The notes beneath the pieces were generated by a model, which was not told where the DNA came from, did no database searches, and saw only the letters and a list, made by a program, of their open reading frames with translations. A stretch of DNA of 64,000 nt from Deltaproteobacteria bacterium (GTDB taxonomy: Bacteria; Desulfobacterota; Binatia; UBA1149; CAITLU01): contig JACRCR010000140.1 in the NCBI GenBank assembly GCA_016218925.1, forward strand, positions 6,389 through 70,388, written 5' to 3'. This document shows positions 56,133 through 64,000 of this stretch, piece by piece. The first letter of the stretch is position 1, and each line of letters begins with the position of its first letter. The position numbers were made by a program, and so were the translations under genes.

Positions 56133-56733
56133 ATATGTCGAGTGGTCTCGGTGCGCGCGTGGTCTGAGGAGCCGGCGCGGCGGTTTTCTCGCCGGGCCAC
56201 GACGCACATCGGCCCAGCGCCGGTCCGTCGCGATCGTAGCCGCGCCACGAGTCCCAGCCGTAGCCCCATCGCCATGGGAAAGGCAGCCATGGACTGCCCC
56301 CGAGCCGTGTTGTGGCGTAGGCCAGCCAGCCGAGCAAGGTCGAGCCTCTCGTCGCGACGATGCACTGGCGCAGGCGGCGGTCGGCCAGTCGCCGGGCCGG
56401 CGCACCGCCGCCGCACCAGTAGGCCAGGTCGTGCTCGATGCAGCACTGCCCCCAGGTTCCATCCGGCGACATCGAGCAGCCGTCGGTCGTGAACGGATGT
56501 GGCGGCAGGTCCTCGGATCCGCGTAGCGCGGCACAGGCGATTCGGGCTCTGCTTGCCAGTTCCTGCGCCGCTCCACGGCTCTCGCGGTACGGGCTGAGGC
56601 GAAACCGTGTGGGCGTACACGCCCCTACGGCGACGACGGCAGGTAACGAGACCGCGACGACGAACCAGCATGCGCCGACCCTGATCCGAAGCCGGGCGAT
56701 GGCTCGTGCGCAGGCGGGCGGCATCACCACCAT
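56119..56733 (-). CDS. Putative lipoprotein with phospholipase A2-like motif
   Basis: Lipobox 'VGAC'; 'FTTDGCS...CCIEHDLAYWCGG...ADRRLRQC' resembles the sPLA2 CCxxHDxxY / Asp helix. Confidence 0.6.
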   Translation of the reverse strand: MVVMPPACARAIARLRIRVGACWFVVAVSLPAVVAVGACTPTRFRLSPYRESRGAAQELASRARIACAALRGSEDLPPHPFTTDGCSMSPDGTWGQCCIEHDLAYWCGGGAPARRLADRRLRQCIVATRGSTLLGWLAYATTRLGGSPWLPFPWRWGYGWDSWRGYDRDGPALGRCASWPGEKTAAPAPQTTRAPRPLDIYAAI

Positions 56734-56871
56734 GCTGGTCGATTCTCGCGACCGGTTCGAACGCTCCGATGCAGTCGTGCGAGGCGGCGCGGTTGCGAAG
56801 CCGATGGCGCGCTAGTAGAACCGCCCGCGCTGCGGGAGCTCTGTCTCGTAGTTGGGGGGCAAGGTGAGGCT

Positions 56872-58206
56872 GTGGCTCCTTCGTCCGATGACAATCCGAG
56901 ATCGGGACTGCTCCCGGAAGAACAAGACCGCTCCTTGCTGGCGCGCAGTCTGCGCGCCGTGTGCGGCGTCGCCCTGGTTCTGATCGCCGCGTCTGCCGGC
57001 GCTCACATCGCGTGGAGCGGTCCGCGCTACCCATCGATTTTTCTCCTCGAACTCACGCAGGTCGTCATCGTGCTGGCTGCCCTGCGATGGCTGCAGAGAC
57101 GCCAGGCCAAGAACCGGCTGCTGGCGGTGGCAGTGGCGGTTTTCGCGGTGTTCTACATGACGTCGGCCGCGCTCGGCACGCTCGCCGGCAACGCGGTGAC
57201 GAGCGCGCTGATCTTCAGCGCTTTCGCACTGGCCACCGGAGCGATGCTGCCGTGGGGTCTGCAGCCTCAGCTCATAACCGTGTCGGTGGCCGGCCTGGCG
57301 CTGCTCGCGCAGGTGTTCTTCTTCGACGCGTACAATCTTGCCGGCGGCTACCAGGCCGCCAGCCTCGGCGTCACCGCGGTCGCGCTGCTGGCGAGTCTGG
57401 GCATGGTGTGGCGGATCGAGAGCTACCGGCTGCAGAGTTCCAAGGACCACTCGCTGTGGCTCGAAGCCGAGCGCGCGCTGACCGACGTGCAAACCGAAAT
57501 CGAGCGCCGTGTCGGCGAACGAATCGGTGAACTCGAGAGCGCCAACCGCGATCTCGAGAGCTTCAGCTACAGCGTTTCGCACGATCTGCGCGCGCCGTTG
57601 CGCACCGTCAGCGGATTCACCGAAGTGCTGATCGAGGACTACGGCGGACAGCTCGATCCCAAAGCCATCGAACTGGTGCAACGCCTGCGTGCGGCGATCC
57701 AACGCATGGGAGACCTGGTAGACGCGCTGCTCGAGGTTTCGCGGGTTACCCACCACGAGTTGCGCGCGGAGACGGTGGATCTGGCCGCCGTGGCAGGAGA
57801 GATTGTCGGCGATCTCGCGGTCGCGTCGCCCCAGCGTAGTGTCGAGGTTACGGTGGCCCCGGGGCTCGTCGCCCACGGCGACTCTCGGCTGCTGCGCGTT
57901 TTGCTGACCAACCTGATCGAGAACGCATGGAAGTTCACCTCGCGGCAGGCCTCGCCGCGAATCGAGATCGGGCAACGCGAAGACGGAGGCGAGACCACCT
58001 ACTTCGTGCGTGACAACGGCGTCGGGTTCGACGAGAAGACGGCCACTGGAATGTTCACCGCGTTCAGCCGGTTTCATCCTGGTTTCGAGGGGACCGGAAT
58101 CGGGCTTTCGATCGCTGCGCGAGTGGTTGCGCGGCACGGCGGGCGGATCTGGGCCGAAGGCCGCCCCGGTGAAGGTGCGACCTTCCTGTTCACTCTGAGG
58201 GGCTGA
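56872..58206 (+). CDS. Membrane-bound sensor histidine kinase (orphan)
   Basis: About six TMs, H-box 'SYSVSHDLRAPL', 'NAWKF', 'DNGVGF', 'GTGIGL'. Confidence 0.92.
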   Translation: MAPSSDDNPRSGLLPEEQDRSLLARSLRAVCGVALVLIAASAGAHIAWSGPRYPSIFLLELTQVVIVLAALRWLQRRQAKNRLLAVAVAVFAVFYMTSAALGTLAGNAVTSALIFSAFALATGAMLPWGLQPQLITVSVAGLALLAQVFFFDAYNLAGGYQAASLGVTAVALLASLGMVWRIESYRLQSSKDHSLWLEAERALTDVQTEIERRVGERIGELESANRDLESFSYSVSHDLRAPLRTVSGFTEVLIEDYGGQLDPKAIELVQRLRAAIQRMGDLVDALLEVSRVTHHELRAETVDLAAVAGEIVGDLAVASPQRSVEVTVAPGLVAHGDSRLLRVLLTNLIENAWKFTSRQASPRIEIGQREDGGETTYFVRDNGVGFDEKTATGMFTAFSRFHPGFEGTGIGLSIAARVVARHGGRIWAEGRPGEGATFLFTLRG

Positions 58207-58258
58207 GCACGAGCGCAGCGCGACGCGGCGCCGTCATCGTCGTCGCAGGAAGACTCAC

Positions 58259-59122
58259 ATGGCACGCGTTCTGATCCCGCTTCCCTCGCGTGACTTCGAC
58301 CCCACCGAAGCAGCGGTCAGTTGGCAGGTGCTGCGGCGTCTGGGCCACGAGGTCGTGGTGGCGACTCCCGACGGGCGCGAAGCTCAGGCCGATCCGATCA
58401 TGGTGACCGGCCACGGACTCGATCCCTGGAGCCGCGTTCCGCTGCTCGGCAAGTTGCGAGTGATCGGCGCTCTGCTTCGCGCCGACGCCGCCGGCCGCGA
58501 GGCTTACGAGCAGATGCGCGGGGATCTGGCGTTTCACAGTCCCTCGCGCTGGGACGATCTACGCGCGAGCGACTACGACGGATTGCTGCTTGCCGGAGGT
58601 CACCGGGCGCGCGGCATGCGCGAGTATCTGGAGAGCCCGGTGTTGCAGGGGCTGGTCGGTGAGTTCTTCGCGGCCGGCAAGCCGGTAGGCGCGATCTGCC
58701 ACGGCGTTGTGCTGGCTGCGCGCTCGCCGCATCCGGGGAGCGGACGTTCGGTTCTCTACGGCAAGAAGACCACGGCGCTCACCTGGGCTCTGGAGAAGAG
58801 CGCGTGGAGCGTGGCGCGTATCGGGCGTTTTTGGGATCCTGACTACTATCGAACGTATAGGGAGAAGGCAGGGGAACCGGCAGGCTACTGGAGCGTGCAG
58901 GCCGAGGTCACGCGGGCACTGGCCGACCCCGCGCATTTTCTGGATGTGCCGGCCGGCGATCCGGATGCGCGGCGCAAACGCGGCGGCATGTCTCGGGACC
59001 GCTTCGACGATTCGCGCCCGGCCTTCGTGGTGAGCGACGGCAACTACGTGTCGGCGCGCTGGCCCGGCGACGCCTACACCTTCGCGAAGACGTTTGCTGC
59101 GCTGTTCGACGCGAAGGTGTGA
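58259..59122 (+). CDS. DJ-1/PfpI (type 1 glutamine amidotransferase-like) protein
   Basis: 'DFDPTEAAVSW', 'LLLAGGH', nucleophile elbow 'GAICHG', 'SDGNYVSARWPGD'. Confidence 0.9.
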   Translation: MARVLIPLPSRDFDPTEAAVSWQVLRRLGHEVVVATPDGREAQADPIMVTGHGLDPWSRVPLLGKLRVIGALLRADAAGREAYEQMRGDLAFHSPSRWDDLRASDYDGLLLAGGHRARGMREYLESPVLQGLVGEFFAAGKPVGAICHGVVLAARSPHPGSGRSVLYGKKTTALTWALEKSAWSVARIGRFWDPDYYRTYREKAGEPAGYWSVQAEVTRALADPAHFLDVPAGDPDARRKRGGMSRDRFDDSRPAFVVSDGNYVSARWPGDAYTFAKTFAALFDAKV

Positions 59123-59133
59123 AGCGCGGCGGC

Positions 59134-59487
59134 TCAGTACGGGGGCCGGACGTAATAGGCCGGAGGGCCGTAGTAGACCGGCGCCGGGGCGTAGTAGACG
59201 CGAGGGGCAGGGTAGTAATAGACGGGCGGCGGTGCCTGGTAGAGAACCGGCGCCGGTGCGGCGTAGTAACGCGGCGCCGAAACCGCGTCGGCGATGGCCG
59301 CCACTCCAAACAGCGCGCCGGTGATCCCCGCTACGACAGCCCAGTCGTTACTGTGGCCGTACGAGTGATGGTAGTAGGGCTGGTGGTGGCCGCCACCTCC
59401 TCCGTGCCATCCGCCGCCCGCCTGGGCCGTCGACGCCATCAGACCGAACGCCAGGACCCCCGCTGCCAGTGCTACACCAGTCTTCAT
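59134..59487 (-). CDS. Small secreted Gly/His- and Pro/Tyr-rich protein
   Basis: Signal peptide ending AQA, 'GGGWHGGGGGHH', hydrophobic glycine-zipper-like segment, (Y)YxPxP repeats. Confidence 0.65.
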   Translation of the reverse strand: MKTGVALAAGVLAFGLMASTAQAGGGWHGGGGGHHQPYYHHSYGHSNDWAVVAGITGALFGVAAIADAVSAPRYYAAPAPVLYQAPPPVYYYPAPRVYYAPAPVYYGPPAYYVRPPY

Positions 59488-59647
59488 GTTTCGTCCTCGC
59501 CGGAGATTCTGCGCCTGTTGCACCCGCTCGAGGCCATCCCTCGTTCGGTGCCCCGCGCTTCTCCGACACAAGGCAGACGATAGGCGCGGTTACGGATTCA
59601 TTCCAAGCCGATCTTTTTGAAAGCCGGCGGATTTCCCCACGCGAGGT

Positions 59648-59690
59648 GACATTCCGCTCACCCTCCCCGCGCGAGAGCGAGCGGAATGTC
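59648..59690. other. 12-bp perfect inverted repeat downstream of gdhA
   Basis: GACATTCCGCTC (59648-59659) and GAGCGGAATGTC (59679-59690); no clear U-tract. Confidence 0.5.
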
Positions 59691-59710
59691 TGTCTGCGAC
59701 CGGCTGGTCT

Positions 59711-61159
<1,449 letters not shown>

Positions 61160-61236
61160 TTACCGCTCGGGAGGGCTCGCAGGACGCGGCCCCCTCGTTC
61201 GCGGTAAGGCGGCTTGAAGTCAAGGAGTTCGCGTGT

Positions 61237-61306
61237 ATTTGGGCGTGAATGGGTATACTGACCATTCTACGTGATGGAGGCCGAATAAATGGGTGTAAAT
61301 GGGCGT
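61237..61306 (+). repeat. Two pairs of 10-bp direct repeats upstream of the Fic-like gene
   Basis: ATTTGGGCGT/GAATGGGTAT at 61237-61256 and AAATGGGTGT/AAATGGGCGT at 61287-61306. Confidence 0.65.
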
Positions 61307-61333
61307 GTAGGCGTCCCGGGGAGGTAGAACGCC

Positions 61334-62404
61334 ATGGACCATCGGCTCGACACCAGGCTGCTGCAACTCGCCCCGCCATCGCTGCATGGTTTGAGCGTCG
61401 AACTCTGTGCGATCGACGAGTTCAAGGGATGGTGGTGCCGTGAAGCGCATCTTGGTTCGGCCGCAGAAGATACCCGGCGGACCGTGAGCGAATCCCTCGA
61501 CGCGCTCGCCAAGGTCGAAGCCTTCGGTGCCCCGGAAGCGAGGGCGCAGTCGCGGCGCGTCGCGCGTGGCTCGCTGTCGGCGCCCGCAGCCGGCTACGCC
61601 GACACGCTCGAAGCCGTATTGTGCGACCACGGTCGAATGGAGTTCGGCGAGGAACTGCTCCTCGAACTGCATGGGCGCCTGCTGGTCTCCTCGCCGGCCG
61701 GCCGCAAGGGGGCCGGCCAGTATCGGTCCCCCTGCGACCGCGCGGTGGCAACCGAGCGCGGCAGCGCTGCGGCGCGGCTGGCGCCGATGGCGGCGCACCT
61801 GGTTCCCGGCGAAACCAGGGCGCTGATCGAGTGGACCCGCAGCCGCCTGTCCGGCGCTGCGTTTCACCCGCTGCTGACCATCTCGTCGTTGCTACTGGAA
61901 CTGCTGGCGATCCGCCCCTTTGAGCACGGCAACGCGAGGCTGGCCCGCGTCATCGGCCACCTGCTGCTGCTGCGCTGCGGCTACGATCAGGTCGCGCGGG
62001 TATCGCTCGACGCGGTCGTCGCGGATCGGTGGGAGCCGTGCCAGATCGCGCTGCACAAGAGCCTGGCCAGCCGCCGGCTGCCACGGCCCGACATTGCGCC
62101 GTGGCTGGGCGCCTGCCTCGGCGTCTTGCTCGAGCATGCCCGCAGAGTCAGGGTCTTCGCCGAGCAGAGTCCCGACGAGTCGCTGCTGTCGGCCAACCAG
62201 CTCGGCGTCTTGCGACTGCTGGACCGCAACCGCGAGATCACCAACCGTGCGATCCGCGAGGGGCTGGGGCTGCCGCGCGACACCGCCAAGCAGGTGATCA
62301 AACGCCTGGTCGCGCTCGGCCGCGTCGAGGTCTTCGGCGCCGGTAGGGCGGTCCGCTACCGGCGCACCGTCCGGCGGCGCGACTCGGGTGGGCCGACTCG
62401 GTAA
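61334..62404 (+). CDS. Fic-domain protein with degenerate active site and C-terminal winged HTH
   Basis: 'IRPFEHGNARLAR' versus canonical HPFxxGNGRxxR; C-terminal 'ITNRAIREGLGLPRDTAKQVIKRLVALGRVEVFGAGRAVRY'. Confidence 0.8.
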   Translation: MDHRLDTRLLQLAPPSLHGLSVELCAIDEFKGWWCREAHLGSAAEDTRRTVSESLDALAKVEAFGAPEARAQSRRVARGSLSAPAAGYADTLEAVLCDHGRMEFGEELLLELHGRLLVSSPAGRKGAGQYRSPCDRAVATERGSAAARLAPMAAHLVPGETRALIEWTRSRLSGAAFHPLLTISSLLLELLAIRPFEHGNARLARVIGHLLLLRCGYDQVARVSLDAVVADRWEPCQIALHKSLASRRLPRPDIAPWLGACLGVLLEHARRVRVFAEQSPDESLLSANQLGVLRLLDRNREITNRAIREGLGLPRDTAKQVIKRLVALGRVEVFGAGRAVRYRRTVRRRDSGGPTR

Positions 62405-62430
62405 CGTGACGTCGCCGAGGGAAGAGGGAT

Positions 62431-63699
62431 ATGAGCGATTCAGCGATGTCTGCCGGCCAGATCAGCTACCAGCGACCCGTCCAGCGAGCGCCCGTCAAGA
62501 TCTTCAACATCCTCGGACGCGCTCTTCGTCGAGTCGGTGTTCCGGTCGTGGATCTGTCGGCGCAGTCGCTGTGCGCCGCTGCCATGCGTCGCACGGGTCT
62601 GGCCGATTTCGGCGACGAGTCCTTTCGCGAGCCGCTCGAGGTACTGCTGCGCTCTCTCGAAACCGAAGCGCGACTGAACACGTTCGGTCGTATCCACGCA
62701 CGCGGCTACATCACCAACGCACTGTCGAACCGGCTGATGCTCGAGCACTGGTGGACTCGTCATCCGGAGATCCTGACCGGCACGATACGCGAGCCGTTGT
62801 ACATCTTGGGGCTGCCGCGCACCGGCACCAGTTTGCTTCTCAAGCTTCTCGCGAGCGATCCCGCGCGCCGCTGGCTGGCGTTCTGGGAAGCGCACGAACC
62901 CTGCCCGCCGCCGAGCCGCGACACATACGCGAAAGATCCCAGACGCCGGCGCGCCGCTCGGCGCGTTCGGACTCTCGACTACCTGGCCCCCGATTTTCGT
63001 GGCATTCACGAGTTCGAGAGCGACGGGCCCGAGGAATGCTACCCGCTGCTCGCCAACACCTTGATCGGAGCCCAGTACAGTTGGATGTTTGTTATCCCCG
63101 GCTATGACGCGTGGCTCTCCGGGTGCGACATGAAGCCGCCCTACGCGTACTACCGAAGGCAGTTGCTGCTGCTGCAGTGGCGCTGGCCGGCCGAGCGCTG
63201 GGTGCTCAAGTCTCCGGTGCATCTGTTCGCGCTCGACGCGCTGCTGGCGAACTTTCCCGATGCCCGCATCGTTCATCTCCATCGCGATCCGGCCAAGGTT
63301 GTCGCGTCGCTTTGCAGCCTGGTCGCCACCACGCGTGCCGTCGCGACCGACACCATCGACAACGCTGCGCTCGGCGCGCAGGTGGTGGACGGGCTGGTCG
63401 AGGGTCTCGATCGGTGCATGCGTGCACGCGAAGCCGCCGAACCTGCTCACGTGTGCGATGTCCAATACGTCGACCTGCTGCGCGATCCGATGGCGACCGT
63501 ACGCCACATCTACGCGCGGTTCGGGCTGGCGCTCTCGGCGGAGGCCGAAGTAGCGATGAAACGGTGTCTTGCGGAGAGCCCCCAGCACAAGCACGGCGTG
63601 CACCGCTACTCGCTCGCGCAGTGGGGGCTGAGCGCCGAGGGCGTACGCCGGCAATTCGCGCGATATCGCGAAGCGTTCGCGATCGGCGACGAGGCCTGA
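62431..63699 (+). CDS. PAPS-dependent sulfotransferase (Sulfotransfer_3 family)
   Basis: 5'-PSB loop 'ILGLPRTGTSLL', 'WVLKSPVHL', 'HRDPAKVVASLCS', 'DVQYVDLLRDP'. Confidence 0.92.
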   Translation: MSDSAMSAGQISYQRPVQRAPVKIFNILGRALRRVGVPVVDLSAQSLCAAAMRRTGLADFGDESFREPLEVLLRSLETEARLNTFGRIHARGYITNALSNRLMLEHWWTRHPEILTGTIREPLYILGLPRTGTSLLLKLLASDPARRWLAFWEAHEPCPPPSRDTYAKDPRRRRAARRVRTLDYLAPDFRGIHEFESDGPEECYPLLANTLIGAQYSWMFVIPGYDAWLSGCDMKPPYAYYRRQLLLLQWRWPAERWVLKSPVHLFALDALLANFPDARIVHLHRDPAKVVASLCSLVATTRAVATDTIDNAALGAQVVDGLVEGLDRCMRAREAAEPAHVCDVQYVDLLRDPMATVRHIYARFGLALSAEAEVAMKRCLAESPQHKHGVHRYSLAQWGLSAEGVRRQFARYREAFAIGDEA

Positions 63700-63715
63700 G
63701 CGCGAGCAGCGCCGC

Positions 63716-63850
63716 GCCGTGTTCCAACTGCTTGGCGGCAACGTCACGTCGCGCGACCATCCGATCGAGAAGCTGTTTCGCGATGCCGAGGCGGCGCTGA
63801 TCGAGGATGGCGAGAACTGCGTGCCGGCGATGCGCCTCGGGCTGCTGTGC
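63716..63850 (+). pseudogene. Acyl-CoA dehydrogenase C-terminal remnant
   Basis: 'VFQLLGGNVTSRDHPIEKLFRDAEAALIEDGEN' parallels '[30 protein letters not shown]' of the 14342 gene; no N-terminal domains upstream. Confidence 0.7.
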
Positions 63851-64000
63851 CAGCAACTCTATGCCGAAGGCTCGGGTCGTAGCTGCGCGGGTCTCTGCGC
63901 TAAAGCGATCCCCGGCGGCAGATGCCACCGGGGATCGCTTCAGCGCCGCGTGCGGCCCGCGCGCTACTTGCTGAGGTTGGCCTGAACCGTTGCGGCTGCG

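Noticed and set aside
61334-62404. Active Fic/Doc toxin-antitoxin module
   Set aside because: The catalytic His is absent and no small antitoxin ORF lies upstream.

Overview
GC-rich bacterial chromosomal segment, densely coding, about 55 supportable genes. There are no rRNA, tRNA, CRISPR, prophage or transposase genes. Many CoA-ligase, acyl-CoA dehydrogenase, thiolase, TetR and sulfotransferase genes suggest a lipid/aromatic-degrading deltaproteobacterial or Binatia-like organism (inference only). In order: EamA, ZapG-like, ychF, NTF2-like protein, monooxygenase/enoyl-CoA hydratase/CoA ligase/PPi-PFK, RRM protein, MacAB-TolC-type exporter, a beta-oxidation operon with TetR, a secreted SGNH hydrolase/proline-rich protein/Lnt-like acyltransferase module, Uma2 nuclease, a TonB receptor/YfiR-like/kinase/response regulator/OmpA signalling block, L,D-transpeptidase, a eukaryote-like sterol Delta7-reductase, a heme-copper oxidase operon, SCO, a cytochrome b/ferredoxin/MvhD fusion, DUF2249, APC permease, Crp/Fnr regulator, EmrAB-OMF efflux with TetR, DEAD-box helicase, molybdoenzyme, DUF4056 and PLA2-like lipoproteins, orphan kinase, DJ-1/PfpI, gdhA, degenerate Fic, sulfotransferase and an acyl-CoA dehydrogenase remnant. 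The strongest signal is at 35.5-45.3 kb. The oxidase subunit I has HSSQQ where O2 reductases have HPxVY, which points to an eNOR-type NO reductase. It sits with an uncharacterised cytochrome b/Fe-S/MvhD electron module, and both divergent promoters of the cluster carry the same ATGAY-N4-GTCAT palindrome near a Crp/Fnr regulator. All family calls come from motif recognition by eye; no database searches were run.
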